Positions 31,175 through 42,200 of a stretch of DNA of 64,000 bases are shown piece after piece. The notes beneath the pieces are model-generated. The model had not been told where the DNA came from. It ran no database searches and saw only the letters and a list, made by a program, of their open reading frames with translations. Source of the DNA: an uncultured Gemmatimonadales bacterium (GTDB lineage Bacteria > Gemmatimonadota > Gemmatimonadetes > Longimicrobiales > RSA9); NCBI GenBank assembly GCA_963798085.1, contig CAWCRS010000003.1, forward strand, positions 288,001 to 352,000, written 5' to 3'. Numbering within the stretch: position 1 is the first letter of the stretch; each line of letters begins with the position of its first letter. Both the position numbers and the translations under genes were made by a program.

Positions 31175-32950
31175 TCATGCCCCCGAATTCAGGTCAAACG
31201 GAATGAACTCGAAAGGCGGGAGCTGGCGCAGCGTGTCGCCCGCCGACGTCGCGGGCCCCCGACCCGCGGCAGCGGGGTGCTCCAGCTTCTTCTGTCGTTC
31301 CTGTTCGAGCATGCCGTCATGGCCGTAAACGTCGTGCATGAAGCGAACAGTGCCATCCTCATCGACCCAGGCCGTGAAATAGACGATGTAGACCGGCACG
31401 CCTTCGTCGAAGCGGATCGTTTTCTCCTTGCCGCTGGCGAGGAGCGAGTCCAGCTGTTCCGGCTGCGTGTGGGTGACGCGCTGCATCAGCGCACGGGCCA
31501 GCTGTTTCGGCCGCTCGACCCGGATACAACCGTGGCTGAACGCGCGGTCCGTGCGTGAAAAGAGTTGCCCCGCGGGCGTGTCGTGCAGGTAGATGTTGTC
31601 ATTGTTCGGAAGCATGAACTTCAGCCGGCCGAGCGCATTGTCGGGACCCGGCTGTTGACGGAACCGGTACGCATCGGCTTTCGAGGAATCCACTGAACCC
31701 GGGGCCACGACGCGATCACCCACAAGCACGTCAAAATGGTGGCTGGCCAGATAGTGGGGGTCGCGGCGCCATGCGGGCAGGATCTCTTCCGTGGCGATCG
31801 CTGCCGGCACATTCCAGAAGGGGTTCACGACCACGGATTCCATGGTGTCGGAGAAAATGGGCGTGTTCCAGCCCTCCTTCCCGACAACGACGTCCATGAT
31901 TTCCACGGGGCTGCCGTTCTCGATCATCTCGAGTTCAAAGCCGGCCACGTTCACGACAATGTAGCGCTCGCCCAGCTCGCGCGGCAGCCAGCGCCAGCGA
32001 TCCAGGTTCAGACGCAGGTCGGCGATCCGGTCCTCGACGGTGTGGTTCAACTCGCGAAGCGTGTTCGCGCCCAGCACGCCATCCTCGTCGATGGCATTGC
32101 GGCTCTGGAAGTGCGCGAGAGAGGCGAGCAGGCTGTCGTCGAAGATGCCCGGCTTCGCGTCACCGTAGCGAGCGAGCCGGGACTCGCTGGTGTCATCCGC
32201 CAGCCGCAGCCGCTCGCGCAGCCCGATCGGCGTCGCTCCCCCGGCGCGCCTCAATCGAATCGGGTGCTTGGGCGCCGGCACGTTCGGCCAGCCACCGCGC
32301 GCCCCGACTTCCCGGTAGCTCGCCAGCGCCTTCATGAGCCGGCCGTAGTACGGCACGGCGGGCCGCAGACGAGCGATGACCTGATCGACGGGCTCGGTGC
32401 GAGCGGCCTTGAGCACGTCCTCCTCGAGGGTTGTGTCGCGTGGGATGCGCCAGTCCAGCCCGCCCTGCGTCGGATCGACCGTGCCCTGAACCAGGTCACG
32501 GGTGTAGCGGCTGAAGCCCTCGCTGAGGACTAGATCCAGCTCTCCCAGCAGGTCCGCCCGCTGCGCGTCGCTGAGCGTCGTCGAATCGAGACGCGCGACC
32601 ATCGCGCTGGCCATGTTCCAGCCGTACGAGCCAGGGTCCAGGCCGTCGTCGCGTGCGCGGCCGATCGCAGCGAAGAGTTGCTCACCCTGCGGCAGCAGCC
32701 GCTGCCCGTCCGTCCATGCGCTGCGGTACACGCGCTTGCGGTAGAACGCCTTCGTCGCCGCGCTCACGTGCAGCGTGTCGGCGTCCGAGAGTCGCACGAT
32801 CGAATCACGCGGTACGCTCGCCAGCAGCGCCGTGACGCGCTGCAGTATGCCTCGCTCGATGCTCAGGCTCGCCCTGGCCCTGGCCAGCGTCGCACGCCGC
32901 GAAGCTCAGACTGAAGGCGAGGACCAGGGCACCACCCGCGCCGGTTGCGC
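31175..32950 (-). CDS. L,D-transpeptidase (YcbB/LdtD-like); 5' end frameshifted, start not resolved
   Basis: LNLDRWRWLP, VVNVAGFEL, NPFWNVP, RQQPGPDNALG, IYLHDTP, SHGCIRVE; lipoprotein signal LVLAFSLSFAAC lies upstream in another frame. Confidence 0.9.
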
Positions 32951-33251
32951 CCCGTGGTCGCCTCAGTTGCCCCTCAGCGTGAAGTTGAGACGGTCACAAC
33001 AACTCATGTGGGCGATGTTCAGCCCGCCTCCTGCGTACAACCAATCGACCGACATGGATTCCCCTCGGCGGTATGCTCATCATGCGGGATTGCATGGCTG
33101 TTCATGAAACATCGGTGAATGTCCTCGCGGCCACCATCGCTCATCGGGGCTAGTTGTGAAGCCACCCTTCGATGGATGGGTGGCGGTGGCGCCATTTTCG
33201 TCGTGTAGGATCGGCAGGCCGGAGGCTCAGGCGGCCTCGGGACGGCGGACG

Positions 33252-34883
33252 TCAACGGTTCGTTTCCGTCGATCCGCTCGTGCCGTGGTGCGCTTCGAAG
33301 AACTGAGCCCGTGACGTCCAGCGGAGCGGGCCGTAGGACATGAAGTCGTGGGCGCGCCGGGTGTCCGGCAACTGGCAGGTGTATTCCCAGCGCGTGATGT
33401 TCATCCGCTGTACGAGTGTCGTGACGGGTGAGACGCGGTCGAGTCGGCCGATCGGACACGGATCGTACAGGGTCAGCGACCAGCCGGTGGACGTCTGAAC
33501 GATGTCGATGCCCACGCCGCCGCGATCGCCGGCAATGCCACTGACCATATCGCCTTCCGGCCAGGCCCCGATCACTCCGTGTGCATAGGGTGCCGGCTTC
33601 CAGCAGTCGGCATCGATTCGGCCGCGTGAGATCGTCCCGATCAGCGACGGCACGTCGCAGCCACCCGCCTCGCCGTGATCGTTCGATACGTGCCGCCGGT
33701 CAAACGCCGCGTGATAAAACTCGTGAGTCACCGACACGATCCGGTCCAGGTCGAGCCGATCGTCGCCGCCGAACTCCGGCATGCGCGCGAGGGCCACGCC
33801 GCCCGAGCGGTTCTGCGTCAGCGGCGTTGCCGGCAACCACGCGCCCAGGTTCGAGCACGCGGCGCCATCGGTCATCAACAGGGGCGCGCCTGATGGCGTG
33901 AGCGCGAGAAGCGGCCGGTCAGGATCCAGGCCGTAAGTCTGCAGTAATTGCAGCCACAGCGTCTGACACTGGCTCAGCACGCGCCGGGAAATCGTGAAGA
34001 AGAGGAACTTCACGCGAAACGTCCGATACTCGCCATCGAAAGCGAATGTGGTGTCAGAAACGATGCCGATCCGACTGTACGGCGTCATGCGCAGCATGGC
34101 GTGCAACACACTGTCGGCGAGCACGCGCGCGGGCGCAGGCCCGTCAGGTGTCTGGACGCGGATCAGGCGAACCTGCAGGGTTCGCTGCGGCTGCACATTG
34201 TCGATCGTCACGGTGAATTGATTGTCACCCGGCTCGGTCTCCTGCCATCCTGCCGATACCGGCGGTTCGACCCGGGCGGCGATCATGAATGGACCCGTGA
34301 GCGACGCCGTCGCTTCCGCCGGTACGACGAAATTCAGGGAACCGCTCCAGTCGGCGCGGACATCGAGCAGATCAATGTCGTAGTCGCTTCGTACAGGCAG
34401 TCGCTGCCGGCCTAACGACGGCCACACTGCGATGGTGGCCATGCAGACGGTGGCCGATCCCTGCGCCACAAGGCATGCCGACGATGCGACGGGCTCGAGT
34501 ACGAGCGAATCCCCCTGCGCGTAGACGACGAGTCGACCGGTAGCGGGAACGCCAGTCGTGTCGTTCGATGCCGCGGCTCGGCCGATGTAAACCCGGACGA
34601 CTGCCGGCTTGCCCGCGAAGAACGGCGAGGAGTCCTGGACAGCCGATCCGGGAAGACCTGGCGCGAGACCTGGGTCGGTCAGGACGCGGTCCTGAAAGCC
34701 CTGACTTACCTCGACACCCAGCACACGGAGATCCACGCTTCGGGCCATCCCCGCCGGCGTGCCGACGGGCGATTGACGCGCGAAGGCGGACGCCACGGTC
34801 AGAGCGAACGCGCCTGCCGTGCAGGTGATCACGCGACACAGGAACGTCCTCACCATCCGCGCGCAGGAGTCGGAGGCCGCCAC
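33252..34883 (-). CDS. Secreted hypothetical protein, putative metzincin-like zinc peptidase
   Basis: Signal-like FALTVASAFA; HEFYHAAFDRRH; Met-turn-like HDFMSY near the C-terminus. Confidence 0.6.
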   Translation of the reverse strand: MAASDSCARMVRTFLCRVITCTAGAFALTVASAFARQSPVGTPAGMARSVDLRVLGVEVSQGFQDRVLTDPGLAPGLPGSAVQDSSPFFAGKPAVVRVYIGRAAASNDTTGVPATGRLVVYAQGDSLVLEPVASSACLVAQGSATVCMATIAVWPSLGRQRLPVRSDYDIDLLDVRADWSGSLNFVVPAEATASLTGPFMIAARVEPPVSAGWQETEPGDNQFTVTIDNVQPQRTLQVRLIRVQTPDGPAPARVLADSVLHAMLRMTPYSRIGIVSDTTFAFDGEYRTFRVKFLFFTISRRVLSQCQTLWLQLLQTYGLDPDRPLLALTPSGAPLLMTDGAACSNLGAWLPATPLTQNRSGGVALARMPEFGGDDRLDLDRIVSVTHEFYHAAFDRRHVSNDHGEAGGCDVPSLIGTISRGRIDADCWKPAPYAHGVIGAWPEGDMVSGIAGDRGGVGIDIVQTSTGWSLTLYDPCPIGRLDRVSPVTTLVQRMNITRWEYTCQLPDTRRAHDFMSYGPLRWTSRAQFFEAHHGTSGSTETNR

Positions 34884-35001
34884 CGCGATCGATCGCTCGA
34901 CGGCGCCTTCAGCGCTCGCGATGGAATCGGTTCGGTGAGCCGTCTGCGGCCGCGATCATGCGAGCGGCTCCGAGCGACATGACCGGCCAGCTGCGAACGG
35001 C

Positions 35002-35154
35002 TCATGCGGCGCTTCGACGACCTCCAATGAAATGCCACAGGATGGAGATGACCGCGAGGAGCAGCAGGAGATGAATCAGGCCGCCCGCCACATGGAAAAC
35101 GCTGAATCCGAGAAGCCAGGCTACAACCAGAACGACTGCCAGCGTGACAAACAT
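35002..35154 (-). CDS. lmo0937-family small membrane protein
   Basis: GGAGG RBS; MFVTLAVVLVVAWLLGFSVFHVAGGLIHLLLLLAVISILWHFIGGRR. Confidence 0.9.
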   Translation of the reverse strand: MFVTLAVVLVVAWLLGFSVFHVAGGLIHLLLLLAVISILWHFIGGRRSAA

Positions 35155-35484
35155 TGTTGCCTCCGTTGAGGATGGTGAGGTAACTCCGGACTGTCGCACC
35201 GGGGGCGAGACAAACCTCAGGCGACGACCAACTCCGAGTGTGGACTGGCGCGACGCGGAAGTCCGCTGCCAGCCCCGGCGAGCGCAGCGCGGATGCGAGA
35301 TCGCTGCATCACGGCTGCACAACGTTGCAACGTCGGTATTGCTCAGCCTGCCGAACCTACCGGCAAGCCCTGGTGGTGGGGAATCGATCCTACGGCTGGA
35401 TCGGGGCCTAGCTCGGAAGAACTACACGAAAAGCCGAGCCCCGCCGCAGCTACAAGCCACGACGGGGCAGTGATTTCGAACAAG

Positions 35485-35558
<74 letters not shown>

Positions 35559-35657
35559 GCAAACATCAACTGCGTTGCTCGGGCTCACAGCTGGGGCTGG
35601 TTGCATCGGGAACGACGTCGTTCGTCCGCGCTTGACTCCGCGCCCGCCTCTGTGCCA

Positions 35658-35730
35658 TACCCCCACGGGGAATCGAACCCCGGTTTTCTGGCTGAGAACC
35701 GAATGTCCTGGGCCACTAGACGATGGGGGC
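35658..35730 (-). tRNA. tRNA-Glu (CTC)
   Basis: GCCCCCATCGTCTAGTGGCCCAGGAC...TTCTCAG...GGTTCGATTCCCCGTGGGGGTA; anticodon stem has one C-A mismatch. Confidence 0.92.
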
Positions 35731-35746
35731 CGTTTCGCCTTTCATT

Positions 35747-35971
35747 GCGAGCCCGACGCCCGGAGGCGGCGGGCCTTTCCCCAGCAAGCGAAACCCACGC
35801 CCACTGGCGCCACCTCCCTGGTCCGCACGCGAGCCCGACGCCCGGAGGCGGCGGGCCTTGCCCCAGCAAGCGAAACCCACGCCCACTGGCGCCACCTCCC
35901 TGGTCCGCCTGCGAGCCCGACGCCCGGAGGCGACGGGCCCCTCACAGCGAGCGAACCCACTCTCACTGGCG
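35747..35971. repeat. 82-bp tandem repeat (about 2.7 copies), each with a REP-like hairpin
   Basis: Units start at 35747, 35829, 35911 with GCGAGCCCGACGCC-CGGA-GGCG(G/A)CGGGCC. Confidence 0.9.
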
Positions 35972-36040
35972 TAAACCCCGCTCGCTTACCGGACCCGCAA
36001 ATATACCCGGGCACCTGACCCGGTCAACCCCGCGAGCCGC

Positions 36041-36481
36041 TCAGTTGTTGTAGTGGAAGGCGTACTCGAGTGACGCGTTCTTCATGGTGGCGCGCTGGCT
36101 GTACACTTCGTCCTTGGCGTCCAGCAGCACGCGCATTCGGATGGTGGCAATGCTCGTGGAGTCGCTGTTCTGCAGGCGGACGAGCACGCGCTCGTCGCTG
36201 CCCAGTGGGTACGTCTTGTTGATGGGAACAGGCAGCAGGAACGTGTCGGCAACCACGGGCAGGTTGATGTCGTTTCCGTCTGTGCCCACAATGCTGGTGA
36301 ACTTGTTGGACAGGATGAGCATCATCGGCACCGGGCTGTCGCCGGTGACGAGGATTTGCGCGTTGCTCGCATTCTTGCTCGAGCCGCCCAGCAGGCTGTC
36401 GCATCCGGCGAAGGCGAGGGCTACAATGACACACGCCATGGCTGCGGACCGATGTCCGGCCCGGAGTTTTCTGGGCAGCAT
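36041..36481 (-). CDS. Hypothetical lipoprotein
   Basis: GGAG RBS; VIVALAFAGC lipobox; beta-rich mature region. Confidence 0.7.
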   Translation of the reverse strand: MLPRKLRAGHRSAAMACVIVALAFAGCDSLLGGSSKNASNAQILVTGDSPVPMMLILSNKFTSIVGTDGNDINLPVVADTFLLPVPINKTYPLGSDERVLVRLQNSDSTSIATIRMRVLLDAKDEVYSQRATMKNASLEYAFHYNN

Positions 36482-36505
36482 GGTGGTCTCCGTTGCTCGA
36501 ATCGA

Positions 36506-37702
36506 ATGACTTGCGATCCCCTGCAAATACTGCGGCACGCCTGTCTGCTGCTACCCCTTGCCGCGTCTCTCGGCTTCGGGTGTTCGGCTGCACCGCCACC
36601 GCCACCGCGCATTGGTGAACCGCTCGCGGGCCTGAGCAAAGCCGAGCGCGGTCGGTTCGATGTCGGACTCGCGCTGTTCGGTCGCGTCTACACGCCGGCG
36701 GACGGACTCGGTCCGCTCTTCAACGAAAATCAATGCAGTGCCTGCCACACGGAGCCCGCGTCCGGAGGAACGGGCGAACAGGGCGTATTACGGACAACGC
36801 GCTTTACGCCGCCGGATCGCTGCGACCGACTCGTTGCCGAGGGCGGCCAGAACATACAGCGGAATGCGACGCCTCTGCTTCGCGCTCTCGGTGTCATGAA
36901 GCGGACCGAGCCCGCCGACCGCACCGAGCGCGGGTTTACGCGTGTGCCGTTCCTGTTCGGACTGGGCCTGGTCGAAGCGATTCCCGATGATGCGATTCTG
37001 GCGCGTGCCGACCCGGACGACAAGGATGGGGATGGCATTTCCGGGCGGGCGGGCCGCGATGCGGAGGGTCACCTCGCGCGCTTCGGACGCAAGAGTGAGA
37101 ACCCGACGATCGAAAGCTTCATTGCCGGCGCGCTTCTCTTCGAGATGGGACTCACTTCGCCCATCAACCCGCAGGAAGTGCTGCTGGATGGCAAGCCGCT
37201 GCCGGACGGTGTCGATCCCGCGCCGGATCCCGAGGTCGACAGTACGTCGCTTCATCGCTTGACGGATTTCGTGCGCTTCCTGGCGCCTGCTGCGCCGCGG
37301 CCTGCGCAGGACGCGGCAGAGTCGGCGCTGATCGATCGGGGTCAGAAGCTGTTCAGCCAGATCGGCTGTGCGGCCTGCCATACGCCGTCGATGCGCACGG
37401 GGCGGAACGCCAGCCGCGTGCTGGATCGCAAGACGGTAACGCTGTATTCGGATCTGCTGCTGCACGACATGGGGCCGGAGCTGGCCGGGTTCTGCGGCAT
37501 TGCCGCCTCGCCTGCGGAATGGCGCACCGAACCGCTCATGGGCCTGCGCTACCGCAAGGAATTCCTGCACGATGGCCGGGCGGGTGATCTCTTCGAGGCC
37601 ATCCGCATGCACGGCGGTGAGGCAGCGCGCGCTCGCGATGCGTTCCAGGGTCTGGACCGGCTGACGCAGGAAGCCCTGATCCGTTTTCTCTCCACGCGCT
37701 GA
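36506..37702 (+). CDS. Di-heme oxidoreductase (DHOR-family) lipoprotein
   Basis: DGLGPLFN..CSACH, LFGLGLVEAIPD, DGDGISGR, CAACHTP, YSDLLLHDMG, EWRTEPLMG, LHDGRA, HGGEA. Confidence 0.9.
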   Translation: MTCDPLQILRHACLLLPLAASLGFGCSAAPPPPPRIGEPLAGLSKAERGRFDVGLALFGRVYTPADGLGPLFNENQCSACHTEPASGGTGEQGVLRTTRFTPPDRCDRLVAEGGQNIQRNATPLLRALGVMKRTEPADRTERGFTRVPFLFGLGLVEAIPDDAILARADPDDKDGDGISGRAGRDAEGHLARFGRKSENPTIESFIAGALLFEMGLTSPINPQEVLLDGKPLPDGVDPAPDPEVDSTSLHRLTDFVRFLAPAAPRPAQDAAESALIDRGQKLFSQIGCAACHTPSMRTGRNASRVLDRKTVTLYSDLLLHDMGPELAGFCGIAASPAEWRTEPLMGLRYRKEFLHDGRAGDLFEAIRMHGGEAARARDAFQGLDRLTQEALIRFLSTR

Positions 37703-37707
37703 TGCAG

Positions 37708-37752
37708 GAAGCCGGATAACAGGCTGCCAGGAACAGCCTGCCATCCGGCTTC
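37708..37752. terminator. Long hairpin between convergent genes
   Basis: GAAGCCGGAT..AGGCTG-loop-CAGCCT..ATCCGGCTTC just after the DHOR stop. Confidence 0.55.
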
Positions 37753-37839
37753 ACTTGAGACGCAGCACAGCTGCTCAGTCTTGCGGAAGCCCGCCTTCCC
37801 TCACAGTGCCCGCGCCCCGGACCGCATCAATCGCTCGCC

Positions 37840-39231
37840 TCAGGACGTGCGCTTGATGTTGGGATTGCCCACGTATTCCGTGCTGGGCAGCGGGTAGCAC
37901 GTGGCTGTGCCATAGGGCCCCCACTCCGCATTGGGATGGATACCGGTGGGGAAGAAATCGCCCCCGCCATCCGCTGCGGTCTGCGCCATCCAGCGTCGCA
38001 GATCACCGAGACGGAAGCCACCCAGGTACATATCGCGGCCGCGCTGCTCGTGCAGCTCCAGCATGAGTTCGCGACCGGAAAGGTTGACGGGCGCCTGGTT
38101 GCCGTACGCGCGGCGCGCGTTCACGAAGTCGAGCGTCGAGCCCAGTGGTCCCGTGCCGGACGGACCGGCGGCCTCGTAGTAGTCCTGCATGGCTTCCAGG
38201 TACGAGGCGAGCTTGATGTCGGTGTCCTGTTCGTACAGGATGGGCTTGCCGCCCGTCGCAATGGTCTGACCGTTGTAGCCGCTGTAGGGCAGCGACTGGT
38301 AGGGCTTGTACAGCTTGGTCAGCGCATTGTGGCCGAACGACCAGTCCACGGTGTGCTGGATGCGGGGGTCGGTCTGTGTGTCGACCAGATCATCGGCGTC
38401 ACCGGTCTTGCCGTCCTGTTCGCCGTAACGCCGTTCAGGAAGTGCGGGTGCACACCTAACGCGTGGTTGGCGCCGGTCGACGCGCGCTTGCAGCATGTTG
38501 TTGACGACCTGGTCCTTGTACTCGACCCACCAGACGAAGCTGGCCGGCACCTGCTGCGCCGTGGCCATGACCTTGGCGTTGTCGCCGGCCAGCAGTGCCG
38601 CGCGGGCGAGCCCGACTCGTGCGAGATTGGCCATGTCGGCGGCTGACGAGCCCACCGCATTGGCGACCGTGATGGCCTCCTCGAACTTCGGAATCGCCAG
38701 CTGCGCCAGCTCCTTGGGCGAGTAGATCTTGGCGCCCACGTTGATCGTCGCCTCGCACATGACCTCCGCCATGAGCGTGTACGAATAGCCGGCGTGGGCC
38801 AGCACCAGCGCCATGCGGCGATCCTTGGCGGGATTCTTGAGCAGCGTACGGAACCGTCCCGCAATGCTGTCGGCCAGGGAGCGGTAGCGACTGGTGGCGC
38901 TGAACATGCCGTCGGCATCGCCTTCGTTGTACTGCACGATGCGCAGATTCAGGCGTGCCGTCTGCTCCCAGTTGATGCCCGTCACCTGCTCATCCGTGAA
39001 CATGCTGCCACGCCAGATGAACGGATCCGAGTACATGTTGGTGAGCGCGCCGATCACGCTGTTGGTCATGACATTGACGAGGCTCTCGTCATTGAGCTGG
39101 CTCTCATCGATCGCGGCCGGGTTGTCGGCCTCGAGCAGCTTGTCCACGGCGTTGCAGCCGGGAAGCAGCAGCAGTGCGCCCGCCGTCAGGATTCCCATCC
39201 CATGGCGAAGCGATTCGATCCGGATACTCAT
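37840..39231 (-). CDS. SusD/RagB-like lipoprotein, copy 1, with a compensated double frameshift at about 38430-38480
   Basis: LLLPGC lipobox; ARVGLARAAL; EQRGRDMYLGGFRLGDLRR; PLPSTEYVGNPNI; downstream of susC. Confidence 0.9.
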   Translation of the reverse strand: MSIRIESLRHGMGILTAGALLLLPGCNAVDKLLEADNPAAIDESQLNDESLVNVMTNSVIGALTNMYSDPFIWRGSMFTDEQVTGINWEQTARLNLRIVQYNEGDADGMFSATSRYRSLADSIAGRFRTLLKNPAKDRRMALVLAHAGYSYTLMAEVMCEATINVGAKIYSPKELAQLAIPKFEEAITVANAVGSSAADMANLARVGLARAALLAGDNAKVMATAQQVPASFVWWVEYKDQVVNNMLQARVDRRQPRVRCAPALPERRYGEQDGKTGDADDLVDTQTDPRIQHTVDWSFGHNALTKLYKPYQSLPYSGYNGQTIATGGKPILYEQDTDIKLASYLEAMQDYYEAAGPSGTGPLGSTLDFVNARRAYGNQAPVNLSGRELMLELHEQRGRDMYLGGFRLGDLRRWMAQTAADGGGDFFPTGIHPNAEWGPYGTATCYPLPSTEYVGNPNIKRTS

Positions 39232-39274
39232 GGTTGTCTCCTTTCGTTTTTCCGAATTCGCGGGATTCGCCATA

Positions 39275-42200
39275 TCAGAAGTTGAACGCCATGGAGATGA
39301 GCCACCGTCGCAGCTGCGGGATGGAGGCGTAATCGGACGTTGTGAACTCGGCCGTGCTGGTGAAGGCGACTTCCGGATCCGCACTGCCCTTGTACTTCGT
39401 GGCCAGCCAGAGATTGCGGCCGGAGACCGTGAGCGCGGCGCGGCTGAAGCCGTACCGTGACACCCAGCGGCGAGGCAGTGTGTACGTCAGAGACAGCTCG
39501 CGCAGCTTGATGAAATCCGCCGGATAGATGAACTCCTTCGTCTGCAGCGATAGCAGCCGGGCCTTCTCTACCGGGTCGAGGTTGGGATCGTTGATCTGCT
39601 GCGTGTTCTGGTCGATGCGCGTGCGCACGGAGCAGAGCGCGCACCACTGGTAGTGGCCGCCCTGGTAGTCGAGGAAGGCGTAGAGCCGCAGAGCGCCCAG
39701 GAGGCTGAAGGTGTTGGTGAGCCCGATCTGGCGGGTGGGCAGCTGCGGCCCCACGAACGTTTCGTTGCAGTTTTCCGGATGCTGCACATCCCACACGCAG
39801 GACACGGGTGTGGCCTGACCCGCCGAGTTGAGGATGGGCTGCCCGTTGGCATCACGCTGGACGTCCGTGGCCCAGTAGCCGCCCATTGGATAGCCCTCAC
39901 GGTGACGCTGCACGCTCGCGAACTCGCCGAAGGCGATCTCGTTGAGCGTGGGATTGCCCTGCGCATCAGTGCCGAAACTGACCAGCTTGTTGTGGTTGGA
40001 CGCGAAGGTTGCGACCACATCCCACTGCAGACTGGGACTGCGCAGCGGGGACGCATCGACGGAAAGCTCGACACCGTGATTGTTGATCTCGCCGACATTG
40101 ATGAGGTGCGTGCCGCTGAAGCCCGATGAGCGCGGGTCGGACACGCCAATGAGCGCATCTTTCGTCGACTTGTTGTAATAGGTGAACTCCGTGCCGATAC
40201 GGCCACCGAAGAGAGACGCGTCGTAGCCCACTTCGATCTCCTGCCCGGTCTCTGCCTTCAGGTTGGGATTGCCGTACGCGGAAGGCCGGACCGTGTTGAC
40301 AGCGGCATCCCCGACCACCGAGCGGTCGGAGCGGTACGTGCGGTCGGCGGAGAAGGGCGCGGGCGCGTTGCCGGCCTGCCCCCAGGCGCCGCGCAGCTTC
40401 AGCTCGTTGATCCAGGGTACGTGGAAGAAGCTCTCCTCGGAGATCACGTAGGAGAGCGAAGCCTTCGGGTAGACCACCAGCGAGAAGTCCTTGCCGAACG
40501 CCGAGTTGTCATCCACGCGCACGGCCGCCGTACCGAACAGGCGGTCCTTCCAGCCCAGCTGCTCCTGCACGAAGAAGCCGAGCGATGTCTGCTCCGAGAA
40601 GCTCTGACTGGAAGAGCGGCTCGCCGCAGCGCTGACCAGGTTCAGGCTGTTGGAAACCAGGCCCTGCCCGGAAATGCCGACGTCGGAAGAACGCCGCTTC
40701 ACCAGCTGCATGCCGGTAGAGAAGGTGGACGTGTAGCTCTGCGACAGGTTCGCCGTGGCCGTTCCGGTGTAGTCCACCGTCCACAGATACTGCAGCGGAT
40801 AATCGATCGACACATTGCCGGCGGCGGCATTGGAGCCGAAGGGCGCGAGGCCGGTGTTGTCGATCTGGTTGAACACGCGGTTGCTGCGGTCGTTGCGGTC
40901 CAGGCCCACGACCAGACGGTTCTGGAACCAGCGGAAAGGATTGTAATTCGTTGTTATTCCGAGCGTGAGCCGCTCCGCCTTCACATCACGGTCGTACTTG
41001 TTGCTCAGCTCGGGAATGAAGTTGCGGTAGCCGGGCAGGAACTGGTCGTTGGTGGCGCCGGCCCGCGCGCGGTAGGAGTTGCGCAGAATGCTGTTGGACG
41101 AGTTGTCGGACTGCGGAATGCGCTGGTCCAGCAGCGCGTAGCCCACGTTCACCGAGAAGTTCAGCTGCTGCGAGGGTACGAACCCGAAGTTGGCCCGCCC
41201 CGCCGTGCGCCGGTTGATGTTGTTGTAGAACGTGCCCTGCTCGTCCGCCTTTTCGCCCGAGATGTAGAAGTTGTAGTTCTGACCGCCGCCGCGGACGGAC
41301 ATGTTGCCGTTCCACATGTCGCCTACGCGAATGGGATTGGGCTGACAGGGCGTCTGCTGCGGGAACAGGCAGGCGAAGCGGTCGGTCGGCAGGCCCTTGG
41401 CTTCCAGCTGCTTGTACACGCCGGGTGAGCGGTTGCCCATGTCGAACGGGTGATCGACGAGAATGCGCTGGTCCAGCGCCATGCTCTTGTCGAACACCTG
41501 GCAGCCCGGGTAGGTCGTCGGGTTGTCAATGTTCGCGTCCGTGCACAGCCAGTACGTCGTGGGCTGATCGAGATTCCAGTCCACCTGGCCATACTCCATG
41601 TTAGTCGTCCACTGGAGTCCTTGCGATGGGCGACCCTTCTTGGTGATGATCTGGAGCACACCGGCCGCCGCTTCCGCACCGTACAACGTCGCGGCCGCCG
41701 GTCCCTTGATCACCTCGATCGACTCAATGTCTGCCGGGTTGATGGTCTCCAGCAGACTGATGCCCTGCGCCGTGTTGCCCGACGTCGTGGCCGTGCCGGA
41801 CTGCACGCGAATGCCGTCCACGTAGACCACCGGCTCGTTGCCCGCGTTCAGCGAGCTGGCGCCACGAATACGAATGCGCGAGCTGCCACCTACCACACCG
41901 GTGGAGGCGAGCATGGTGACGCCTGCGGTACGGCCCTGGATCAGCTGCTGCACATTGTCGATGGGAACAGCCTCGGTGATCTCGGCGGCCTTGATTGATG
42001 ACACACTGTTACCAATCGCCCGCTTGGCCGTGCGGCCCGCGGTGCCCGTGACCACGATCTCGTCCAGGCCGATCGCCGACTGTTGCAGCTGGAAATTGAC
42101 CACCGTCGTCTGGCCGGCGGCCACAGTGACGGACCGCTCGATGGTCTTGAAGCCGATGGACTCGACGCGCACGGTAGCAGGACCCGTGGGCACACCCTCG

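Noticed and set aside
20982..35484. tRNA-Val-anchored genomic island
   Set aside because: No integrase and no duplicated tRNA 3' end found by eye; accessory-looking content alone is insufficient
35747..35971. CRISPR array
   Set aside because: Whole 82-bp units repeat; there are no unique spacers
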